Shown here: positions 41,791 through 64,000 of the stretch, piece by piece
How the letters are laid out: each line of letters starts with the position of its first letter
Numbering within the stretch: position 1 is the first letter of the stretch
NCBI RefSeq assembly: GCF_009914755.1
Contig: NC_060941.1
Source of the DNA: the human T2T-CHM13v2.0 reference genome, Homo sapiens
Reading direction: 5' to 3' (one strand)
Length of the DNA: 64,000 nt
The notes under the pieces: model-generated
What the model saw: only the letters and a program-made list of their open reading frames with translations
Databases searched by the model: none
What the model was told of the DNA's origin: nothing
Program-made: the position numbers and the translations under genes

Positions 41791-44738
41791 TGTTGGTGGC
41801 GCTGTGCCCACGAGGCAGGGGCTTTTGTATTTCCTGCCTCTGCCCCACCCCCAAAGTAAGAAGAAACATGTTTCCAGTGGCCAGTATGTCTTTCATTGCT
41901 TTGCACCCACTGTTACCAGAAGCTGCTCTAGGAGTTCCTGGCTAGTCACCCCATCGCCCTCTGTGGCAGACTCAGTGCTGTGTGGCGCCTCCTCAGCCCA
42001 GGGCTGAGTTTTAAGATTTTCTCTCCTTTCCTCTTCTCCTTTGGTTCCTCAATTAAAAAATGTGTGTATATTTGTTTGTCAGGCGTTGTGTTGAGGAGCA
42101 GTTCACGCACTGGCTGTGTCTATTCCTCTGCCCAGGTGTCTCTGTTTGCTGCCCAAGGCAGCAGTTCATGTCTCGTCCATGTCCATGTTCGTGTTAGCAC
42201 TTACGTGGGAACAAATACCAATTTGTCTTTTCTCCTAGTATCAGTGTGTTTAACAAATTTTAATTTTGTATATTTGTTATCTATCAGGCTAATTTTTTTA
42301 TGAAAAGAATTTTACTCTCCTGCTTCATTTCTTTGTCTTATAGTCCTCCCTCTTTGCACCTTCTTCTCTTCCCTCAGTGCCTGGAGCTGGTACTGGGCCC
42401 CTGGCCCCATGAGCAGTTTGCCTTCTTGAGTCACTGCCTGTGTAGTACATACCTGACCGGGAGTCCAAACCACCTTGGTGCTCTGAAGTCCACTGACTCA
42501 TCACACCTTTCTTAGCCTGGCTCCTCTCAAGGGCATTCTGGGCTTGTAAACAGACATAGGAAGCCTCTGTTTACCCTGAAGCACCACTGTCCAGCCCATT
42601 GGTTCCCACTGGCAGCATGGTAGAGCTGAGAGAAACAGGCTCTCAGGGTACCTGACTTGAGGGGAATCGTTTCATGAAGCTGAACTTCAAGCATATTTCC
42701 AGTACATTCTTTCAGAGTCTGTTTTTCCATCCAAATATAAGCCCCAGGCCATTCCACTTAGTGTCTTTTCAATGATAGGCAAGAATGATATCTGAGTTGA
42801 ACTTCGGTGCTTCTGTTGTTTGAGTTTACTGTGCCTGGTGGTATATTGGGCATTCTTTGGATTGAGTGTTCTGAGGTGAGAGAGTCTTCCCGAGGCATCC
42901 TGTCTGTGCTTCCAACCCTGAACAAGACCTTACATGAGAGATGGACTGATGGACTGCGGCAATCCTGGGCTGTCAAGTGGATAGATAGTTAAAAAGCATT
43001 ATACTGTGGGTAATGAAAAGGGAGGAAAAAAAAAGAAGGAAAAGGAATTATAGACCCCCAGGGTCAGCCAGTTAAGAGCTCTACCCACACCTGTCAACCC
43101 CTCTCTCCCCCAGTTTAGGTTCTGAGCAGTATTGGACTTGTAGCCTGCAGTTGTCTTTTGACTTGCAGGCCGCAGGTGTCTTTCTGTTATGTGAATGAGT
43201 TCCATGGAGGGGCATATGTGTGATTCCACCGTTAGATGAGCCCTTGGGGCAGGCAGTTTGGGATGTGCTCTTGGGGGAAAGTTGGCTGTTTCCTTGCGCT
43301 CTGCTCCTACCCGAAGGTTTTTAAGTCCCTCTGAATTGCTCATCTGAGATTAGTAGAGTAGCAGGCCTGAAGGATGATGGTTTTGTCCTCTTTGGTTCTC
43401 ACCTGCTTGAGAAGTAAAACAGTAACTTTGTTCTTCTGGGCCCTTAAGCTTTTTTGGTTAAGTCTTCCTTTTCAGAAGTAGATGTCATTATATGCCAAAA
43501 GTCTAGCTCTTTGCTTTACCATACAGGGACCTGTCCCAAAGAAAAAGGCTCTTTTTTTAGCCAGCATATTTCCCCTTCTACCCTTTTACTTTGTTGTTCT
43601 GATTTTAGGACTCTGGCTGGCCATGTGCTTGTGGTTGCCTCTCCTGCATTTGCCACTGGATTTGCACTGCATCGTTTGGAGATACAAAGCGAGCAGTTCT
43701 TGGTCAGAACCCTCCTCTGCTTTTCATTGTGTTTGATAATGGTTACTGGGTCCTTCTCTCAAGGGTAGCAAGGCCAAGCTGATGGCTGCTTGTTTAGGAG
43801 GCCATCAGTTCCTTCCTGTGGAGAAGGGTCTGAAATGGAAGTCAGTGGTAGAAGGGGCTGGTCTGCTGGGCAGGGCTTACATCCACTGAGTTCTAAGATT
43901 CCTTTCCTGATCTGCACCTACGCCTGGTCTGTATGGTGGAATTTGTCAGCTGGAACTCAGAAACAACAACTTGAAAAAAAAATAATAATTAGAACATATT
44001 TGCATAAGATAGCTATTTACTCTGGAAACCAACAACTTTTGAGATTTCCCTTGCCCTGTGGACGCCCAGCTCCTGTCATCCTTCCTTAGGTCCTGCAGTA
44101 CAGTCTTCCCCTGAATGCCACCGGGGACCCAGGGGGACTCCACCCCCCTAAGCAAGCACACACATACTCACAGTTGATGAGTTGCTGGTCTTTGAGTCCC
44201 AGCTCTCTTACCCTCCCTTTACTCCACCAGCCCGACGACCCATGACTGAGGAGGGGATTTCTACAGTCTCAGGATTTAGAAAGTCTGTAAGCCATCCATG
44301 CTCCAGAAAGCACCGATCTGTTGTAGTTGCAAAAACAACTCTGTAATTTGTTGAGGTTCTCAAACTGACAGCCAGCGAGACTGGGTGGGAGGCCCTGGAT
44401 CTGTTCTCCCTGACTGCGGGAGGAGCAGCCACTAGGACTTTAGCAGGAAGCCCACATGGAGGCTCCGCCAGGCTGTGGCCCAGCTGGTGATGGCCCTTTT
44501 GCTCCTGGCAGCCTGAGGCACAGCTGCCTGTATTGTCCTCATCTGTTCTGACTGAAGGATGGAGGTGCTGAATAAATTAGGCCTCAGGCCTCTACCACCA
44601 GAGAGCTGGAGAATGGGTCCACGTCATTCAAGGACCTGAATTTTTTATGCTCAGGAGCATTGGAATCCTCTTCTTCCAGGGAGGAATTAGCCTGCAAGGT
44701 TAGGACTTGAAGAGGGAAGGTATTTAATAACTGGGCGA

Positions 44739-45060
<322 letters not shown>

Positions 45061-46664
45061 TTATAAATCCAGGATTGGCTCTGAGAGAACTGGCTAAGAT
45101 TCAGGAAGAAACAAAAAATTCAGAATCCTACAAGGTTTTGATGACAATTAGGGCCAAAATTTTAGGAGGAGATGTAGGATGCAGGAGAAAATTAAAGTGT
45201 TTTCTTTATATCAGAGGAGGAAATAGTAGAGGTCAGTGAAGGTCTGGGGTAGGGAAACATTCAGACTGTCCATTGCATGGCTGTGGAGTGAGACTGCCCT
45301 TAGCCTGGGTCAGCCTTCCTGGGCCATAAATTGGGCATCCGTGATGCTAGGTAACTGTGGGAACAAAATGACAGCTTAGAGCAGCCATGGGTGATGTTTG
45401 GTGGTAAAAAACCTACAGGCGTTTGGGGTCCCATGATTGTTCCAGACCATGACTCTTCCTGGTTGTGGGTTTGTTACAGAGCAGGAGAAGCAGAGGTTAT
45501 GACAGTTATGCAGACTTTCCCCCTCCTTTTTCTCTTTTCTCTTCCCCTTGCTTTTCCACTGTTTCTTCCTGCTGCCACCTGGGCCTTGAATTCCTGGGCT
45601 GTGAAGACATGTAGCAGCTGCAGGGTTTACCACACGTGGGAGGGCAGCCCAGTACTGTCCCTCTGCCTTCCCCACTTTGAGAATATGGCAGCCCCTTTCA
45701 TTCCTGGCTTGGGGTAGGGGAGACCATTGAAGTAGAAGCCTCAAAGCAGACTTTTCCCTTTACTGTGTGTACTCCAGGACGAAGAAGGAAGATCATGCTT
45801 GATACTTAGATTGGTTTTCCCAGGGAAGAGGGCGGAGCAGAGCAAAGTCACTGTGAACCCTGGGCCAGGCCCTGGCTGGGCCAGCTCCTGAGAGCGTCTC
45901 GTGTTGCAGACCCTTGCCCACTTCACCCACCTGCACCTTCTCCCCCTCTCACAGTGTCACTGCTGCTAATGGTCAAAGTCAAATGTGTGGCCACATGGGA
46001 TGGGCCAGGTCCTCTCAGGCTACTTTCTGGATGTCATTTTTAAAATATGGAAACATGCAGGTGCCTTCCCAAAGAGGCTTGGACTGGTATATCCAACGAG
46101 AAACAAATAAGCTAAAGAAAGTTTAAACTCAAGAAGAAAGATGTTGACAGTCTATGTAACAGCTGGAAAGTTTATAGGCACCCACCTTTGGGACAACCCA
46201 GTGATTATGAACATGTGATATCTACTATTTAAAAGAAATGTTCTCACCTTGGGTTGATTGTGGTATACCATGTGTTATGAAAATTGTTGAGCTGAAGCTT
46301 TGAATCGATTTAGTTGAGTCTGACTCACTTGCTTTGGTTCCTGTGTATTTTACTACCCCTCTTGTCAGTGACCTTCCTTCCCCACCCCACCCAGAGTGAA
46401 TTTGTAGCATGATTGTATAAACCTCTATGTAGAAAATGGAGATTTCTTGCTCTGAAATGTTAAGCTCTAACTGATCCATTTCTGTGTCCTTTAGCCTAGT
46501 ATGTCTGAACTTCCATTCTTGTTATATATTTAAACTTTCCCTCTATATTATAGGTTTTGTGGCATCCACGGTCAGGTGTAGAGGAAGCTGCCCCTTGCAG
46601 AACTGTACTGTAATATTTTTCTTTTATAAATATTTTCACAGGACTGATTGTACACAGGGCTTGT

Positions 46665-46872
46665 AATAAAATTTTAACACTGTGCTGTGAAACAACTATG
46701 GGGAATCTCCATTGAAGGCTACTTCATGGGCACCTGAAAGTGGAGTGTTATAGCTATGACTTTCTATTTCTTGTTTCCTAAGTAAATTAAACCTAATTTT
46801 CACCCTTTCATTCTGTTTCAGCCTCCTGTATAAGAAGTACCGTATTTTCTGCCCATCATACTTTGTAATAAA
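46665..46872 (+). terminator. DCAF7: Tandem polyadenylation signals AATAAA at 46665-46670 and 46867-46872
   Basis: Both lie in TTGTAATAAAA context; T/GT-rich sequence follows. Confidence 0.8.
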
Positions 46873-47120
46873 ACTTGAACATGTATAGATTGACTGAATT
46901 TCTTTTTGTGACGAATTCAGTTCTTCCCATTTTGTCACTTTGGTCATGTTCCATAGACAGTGGCAGTGCCCCAGCCCGAGCCGGGCAGTCTACTCATCAC
47001 CTTTTATATCCTATTTAGTCATTCACTTGTTAATTCAGTGGAGCACCTCCTCTATGCCAGGGGACATGGCCCTCAAGTTGGTTGCAGTCTACCAGAGGAG
47101 ACATCTACATAAATACTTGT

Positions 47121-52786
<5,666 letters not shown>

Positions 52787-53339
52787 CTGTCCTGCTTCTC
52801 TACCTGATATGTCATGCCCTTTGGACTTAATCTCACCAGCATGGGAGTCACTACAAAGCTTTTCAGCAGCTGCCGCTTTGTTTCTCTCCATCTTCTAACG
52901 GATTCGGTTTTCTCTTTCGAGACAGCAGAGAGAAAATGAAGAGGGGAGTTTAGCTCCAAAGGGCTTGTCTGATCATTCTCCCTCTCCCAAAGGCCTGTGA
53001 CTCATCTGAGTCTGTCCCAAACCATCTCTTGCATCTAGGGGCTTAAGTGCACTGTGGCTATTTACATAAAACTTTATTACTTTAAAGCTCTAAGGGCTCA
53101 TTTTGTGTTTCTAACTTTCCTATGTTGATAAAGCAAATATTAGATCCTTATTTATAAATAGGGAAGACGTTCAGAGAGATTAAACATTTGGGCAATTCAC
53201 TTCTCTGGCAGCAGTTTCTTTCCCAGTACAATGAGGCAACAACAAAATATCATTCTGGACTTGCTCAGATTTAGGCAGCAATTTGGAAGCAAAGTCAGTT
53301 TCATAACTCAGATGTGTCTCCACTAAAACATTATGAGAA

Positions 53340-54080
<741 letters not shown>

Positions 54081-55057
54081 CTTCACTTTGTTTTCCTTCC
54101 CCAGTACCCACCATTGCCCACCTCATAAATCCTCAAAACACCTACCCTACGTTGGAGGTTCTCACTCACTTTTCCAGACGCTGAGCATCTGGCCAGTTTG
54201 TCAGAGAGGGAGCTGCTCTTAAGAAGATAAGCCGGTAAGGTAGAAGTGACTTCATCCTAATCTAGCTGGGTACTTAATAGAAACAAGCCCTAAGAGTCAG
54301 GGCAGATGTGTGTCTCTCCTGAAGAGACAAATCAACCCCTCTGAAGTCGCCTCAAGTACCTTATTGGTTGTGGCAGGGGCACTGAGTAAAGCTATTACTT
54401 AAGTGCTTAGGCCTTAGCTTAGGCCTTAGTTTGCTTCATTAATGTTTCCCCAAGACACATTTCCTTGGAAGGTAGATTTGCAGCCATGTCTTTTCTCCCT
54501 TAGGTCGCCACACTGAAAAGGCTTTTTTTCTGTTTAGGGCCAGACATCTGTAGGAGCAAAGGAAAAGTCCTGTAGAAAGCATGGACTTTGGACTGGGCGC
54601 AGTGGCACAGCCTGTAATCCCAGGCCAGAGGCAGGCAGATCACTTGAGGTCAGGAGTTCAGGACTAGCCTGGCCAACATGGGGAAACCCTGTGTCTACTA
54701 AAAATAACAAAAAAAAAAAAAAAAAAAAAACAGCTGGGCATGGTGGTGCATGCCTGTAATGCTGGCTACTCGGGAGGCTGAAGCAGGAGAATTGCTTGAA
54801 CCCAGGAGTTGAAGGCTGCAGTAAGCGAGATTGCTCTACTGTACTCCATCCAGCCTGGGTGACAGAGCAAGACTCCATCTCAAAAAAAAAAAAAAAGAGA
54901 GAGAGAAACTGTGGACTTTGGAGTCAGGAAGACTGGTTTCTGTCACTGACTAACCTTGAACAAGTAGCTTAACTTGAGTTTCTCTGAAACAAGGATAATA
55001 CCCACCTTGAGGTAGTTTATGGTTTATGGCACATCATAGGCATTCAGTTAATGTTAA

Positions 55058-55495
<438 letters not shown>

Positions 55496-56103
55496 TAGAA
55501 AGATGATGAGATACAGCCCCTACCCTCAGATCACAATGTCATGTGAACATTTCAATAATTATGCACAAAGTGCTGGGCACGGTGGCTCACACCTGTAATC
55601 TCAACACTTTGGGAGGCTGAGGCCGGCGGATCACGAGGTCAGATCGAGACCATCCTGGCTAACACGGTGAAACCCCGTCTCTACTAAAAATACAAAAAAA
55701 TTAGCCAGGCGTGGTGGTGGCGGGCGCCTATAGTCCCAGCTACTCAGGAGGCTGAGGCAGGAGAATGGCGTGAACCCAGAAGGCGGCGCTTGCAGTGAGC
55801 CGAGATTACACCACTGCACTCCAGCCTGGGCAACAGAGGAAAACTCTGTCTCAAAAAATAATAATAAAAATAAAATAAAATAAAAATAATTATTATGCAC
55901 AAAGTAGTAGAGTAAGAGCAGTAATGAGTCCAGGAAGTGTTGTTACCATCTATAACCCTTCTTCATCTGACACAAAGTAGAGATCGCTGAAACCTAGCAG
56001 AATGAAAACCATCCCTAAAGACAATGAATTAGAAAGTTCTGGCCAGGCACGGTGCCTCATGCCTGTAACCCCAGCACTTTGGAAGGCCAAGGTGAGTGGA
56101 TCA

Positions 56104-56688
<585 letters not shown>

Positions 56689-56844
56689 TCACACTTGTAA
56701 TCCCAGCACTTTCGGAGGCCAAGGTGTGTGGATCACCTGAGGTCAGGAGTTCGAGACCAGCCTGGCCAACATGGCGAAACCTGGTCTCTACTAAAAATAC
56801 AAAAATTAGCCGGGTGTGGTGGTGTGCACCTGTAATCCCAGCTA

Positions 56845-57018
<174 letters not shown>

Positions 57019-57143
57019 CTAAGGTAACTGAGAGCTAAATGGTGATTTGCCACTCCTTTGGCTTGGTGGGGCTGGAAATCCCTTTTATTCTCCCATGTTG
57101 TAATGAGATGTCTTTGCTCACTCTTTTTTTTCTTTTTCTTTAA

Positions 57144-57269
<126 letters not shown>

Positions 57270-58848
57270 TGACATGCTTTTTATTGATCACAGCCTCTAC
57301 CGGGCTCATGTCTGGATGGCCAACAAACACACTGTAAATTATCAGAGGGGCCAAGTGCAGTGGCTCACGACTATAATCCCAGCACTTTGGGAGGCTAAGG
57401 TGGGTGGATCACTTGAGGCCAGGAGTTTGGAGACCAGCCTGGCCAGCATGGTGAAACTCCATCTCTACTAAAAATACAAAAATTAGCTGGGCGTGGTGGC
57501 ATATGCTTGTAATCCCAGCTACTGGGGAGGCTGAGGTGGAGGATCGCTTGAACCCAGGAGGTAGAGATTGCGGTGAGCCGAGATTGCACCACTGCACTCC
57601 AGCCTGGGCGACAGAGCGAGACTCTGTCTCAAAAAAAAAAAAAAAAATTATCAGAGAGAACGGTAGCAATGTAGTTGACGCCCTCAGCCTAGAGTCTTCT
57701 GAGAGCTCACCGTCCTTGGTCATTGGTTCTAGGAGCACAACTGGGAGTAGGATGCATAGGCAGTATGCAGGGCCATACAGTCAAGACCGGGACTGCTCAG
57801 CCAAGTTGTAGGGAGATGAGGTATTATAGAAAGAAGGGGCAGTGTGGGAGAAAGCCCTTACGTTAGGTGGAGGAAGTGTTTGTTTTTCAGATGTTTATGC
57901 CCTAAAGGAGAAAAGCCAGTAGAAAGGGAGAGGATGGGGGTGATAGAGATGGTGGGAGGGGCAGGTATATAGAGTCCACGTAAGGGTACACCTTTCTCTG
58001 GGGCAGGTAGGGAGGCTCTGAGGAAGTAATAGTTATCTTAATAGCTCAAAATTATTGAGTGCTTCCTGCAGGCTAAGCATGGATAAAAACTCTATGTGTG
58101 TTATCTCATCGAATCCTCAAAACCACCGTAAGTAGAAACTGAGGCACAGGAATGTTAGGTGAGTTGACTCAAGTCGCATAGAAAATGACAGACTTGAAAC
58201 CAGATAGTCAGACTTTAGAGCCTGTGCTCTAACCGTTATGCTTATTGCCTTCATGTAGGCCATGGTGCAGAGAAGGTGGTGGAGACAGCAACTATTTTCC
58301 CCACCTAGTGGCCCTTTTTACCTTTGTGAAAGAGGAAGGGAGAAGTTATGAGTTGAGAATTCCTGGAAAGTTGCAGGACAGGGTGCTTGGAGTGGGGAAT
58401 ATTGAATACATGGACAAGGGATGAGTAGGGGCATGGAAGGTCCAGAAGAGATTAGTCCCTAGAGCTCTGGATTAATTGTTTCAATTTTGAGACCATGCTG
58501 TTTTCAGCAGCTCTTACGACAAGGCCTAGGTGTGTGATATTTCACAGCAGTACTCAGCAGCCCAGGGTAGGGACCTTGAGACTTGACCGGTGGGTTTCTT
58601 ACAGGATGGGGGTGTAGGAGGATGAGTCTGAGTGGGATTGGGTAGGGACTAGATGTGGCATTTGGTTAGGGATGGTAGGAAGCAAAGCTGAGAGATGGCT
58701 GATGGATTGTTCAGGGACCGGAGAAACAGACTCCTTCCAAGTTAGGGGTAGTACTTCCTGTTACCTCAAAAGTTGGTTAGAGGGTGGGGACAAAAATAAA
58801 GATTGAGAGCTCAGGCTCCAGCCTAGAGAGCCCATCCCATGGAGTTAG

Positions 58849-59058
<210 letters not shown>

Positions 59059-59181
59059 TAAGTGTGCGTCTGGGAGGAGTGGTAGGGGACAGAGCCTTTA
59101 TGTTCCAATTCTCTGCAAGGCAAGTACTGTTGATCTCTGCTAGTGTTTCAGGGTTTTGTTTTTTGTTTTTTTGTTTTTTGA

Positions 59182-59286
<105 letters not shown>

Positions 59287-59856
59287 TGAGTAGCTGGGAT
59301 TAAAGATACCCACAGCCATGCCCAGCTAATTTTTGTATTTTTAGTAGAGGTGACAGGGTTTCATCATGTTGGCCAGACTGGTCTCGAACTCCTGATCTCA
59401 GGTGATCCACCTGCCTCAGCCTCCCAAAGTGCTGGGAGCCACCATGCCTGGCCATGTTTCAGGTTTTAAGCACACTTGCTCCTTAGCAGAATCTAATGAG
59501 TTAATTGACTTTCCCTTAATGTAGTTTCTACTAGCAGGATCCCAAAGACTTGTTCATCGGATGTAGAAGGGGATCTTTGTCCTATTATCCCCATCTGTAG
59601 CCATATAATGCCTAAGTCTTAAAATGCTCCACCAGGACTGGCATCTTAATGGCACAGGAAATTATCAGCTAAGTCTGCTTCCTCCCAACTGCAATCAGGG
59701 CAGAAAATCGAGCGTGGGGACATTCTTGGGCTGTTCCCTTACCCAGCAGCAGCTGCATTTTCTCCTTGAGGATGCGATCTGCTCCATGTCTGTGTGTACT
59801 TCATAGACTGGGTAAGAAAGAGACAGTGATAGAATGATGAGCTTTATGGAGGCTGA

Positions 59857-60126
<270 letters not shown>

Positions 60127-60418
60127 TGATAGATGCCTTATGCATGCCTCTTGGTTTCTTCCTTCATGTGCCCCAGGGTATAGGTGAGACAGTTCACATA
60201 TTGTACAAACATTTATTAAGTGAATACTGAATAGGACCGACTCTAGTGAGGACTATGAGAAAGAAAGAGTCAAAACATTGAAAACGATGTCCCTGCCAGT
60301 GAAGAGCTCAAACCCAGTGATCCATTCCAGTACTGACATTCAGGACTTTGCAAGGTCCTGTGTGGCTTTGTCTCATTACCTCCTGGCTCCTCACCTCCTG
60401 ACTTTCCTTTATCCCTAG

Positions 60419-60619
<201 letters not shown>

Positions 60620-60953
60620 CCAGGCTACATGTGCCCCCGGGTTCCTTCCTAGAAATGTGGCAGCCCATTCCAGCACACAGGCTTCTGCAGCAATCTCTGA
60701 GGGTAAAGCCGGTGGGAGGCTCAGCAGGCCAGGAGGCCCAAGGACAGGACTTGCGACCTTGAAGCCAAAGGAATCTCACTTGTGGGGCCTCCTTGTCAGC
60801 TCTGCTGCTGTCTCAGAGCCATCTGGATGAGTGTCCCGACACCCTCTCGGATGCAGGGCAGGACCACCCAGCTGGTCAGACTCTGATGTTGGGTAGCTGG
60901 CCTCTGTGGGGATTGTAAGTGCCCTGAGGCGCTCTGTACTAGAAACTGCTCTT

Positions 60954-60962
60954 AATAATAAC
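60954..60962 (+). terminator. TACO1: Probable non-canonical poly(A) signal of TACO1 (AATAATAAC)
   Basis: No AATAAA/ATTAAA seen between the stop and ~62090; TGTA motifs upstream and a GT-rich tract downstream. Confidence 0.55.
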
Positions 60963-61312
60963 GGTGATTATTGGTTGCTGCATTGCTGTTGTATGGCTCT
61001 TGAGTCTTCCTGAGTTTGTGTCCAGCTGTTGGGATCCTCTGGACTAACTTTCAAGTCCCTAGGCTTAGCTCTACTACTCCAATCCCAGGATTATTTTTTT
61101 AATTGGCCATAGAAATGTAGTTGTATCCAGGCACTCCATGGTCTGATGCTGGTCTTACAGCCTAAACCTGTCATTCATTCATGCAACTAATATTTCTGGA
61201 ACACTAGCTATATACCAAGAACTGTACTTATCTAGAGCATAAGCTATTCAACTGGTGTCCTGTGTTAGATCCTGCTCTAGAAGGTAGGACCTGAACACAG
61301 GACTGCTCTTTA

Positions 61313-63834
<2,522 letters not shown>

Positions 63835-63976
63835 CCCGGCTAATTTTTGTATCTTTAGTAGAGACCAGGTTTGGCCATGTTGGCCAGGCTGGTCTCGAAC
63901 TCCTGACCTTAGGTGATCCGTCCATCTTGGCCTCCCAAAGTGCTGGGATTACAGGCATGAGCCATGGCGCCCAGCC
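63835..63976 (-). mobile_element. AluS left arm (right piece of the split Alu)
   Basis: Resumes at CCCGGCTAATTTTTGTATC; host-Alu TSD TCTGTCT at 61899-61905 and 63977-63983. Confidence 0.9.
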
Positions 63977-64000
63977 TCTGTCTTTCAAAAAAAAAAAAAG

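Overview
Primate genomic DNA, almost certainly human 17q23.3: both encoded proteins match human DCAF7 and TACO1 as I recall them. There are two complete + strand protein-coding genes, each starting in a CpG island. DCAF7/WDR68 has 7 coding exons (1029 nt = 342 aa + stop), a 27.7 kb intron 1 and a ~5.1 kb 3'UTR. TACO1 has 5 coding exons (894 nt = 297 aa + stop). All splice junctions are GT-AG and the phases join into uninterrupted ORFs. The rest is repeat-rich: about 68 Alu elements or fragments by manual count, old L1/L2/MIR remnants, hAT and mariner-derived DNA-transposon relics, and microsatellites. It also holds a U6 snRNA/L1 chimeric retrocopy and a disabled FAM136A processed pseudogene. 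Almost all other ORF-track entries are Alu-derived or chance ORFs. I see no convincing new biological system. The best sequence-level observations are: a U6/L1 chimera with a T4 junction; a triple target-site duplication with a twin-primed L1PA2; a retrocopy nested inside an Alu; a template-switch scar; a MADE1 hairpin with symmetric changes; an Alu-bracketed, stop-free 390 nt exon block (circRNA candidate); and a duplicated in-frame 5' splice site in TACO1 exon 2. Repeat boundaries and subfamily labels were set by eye and are approximate.
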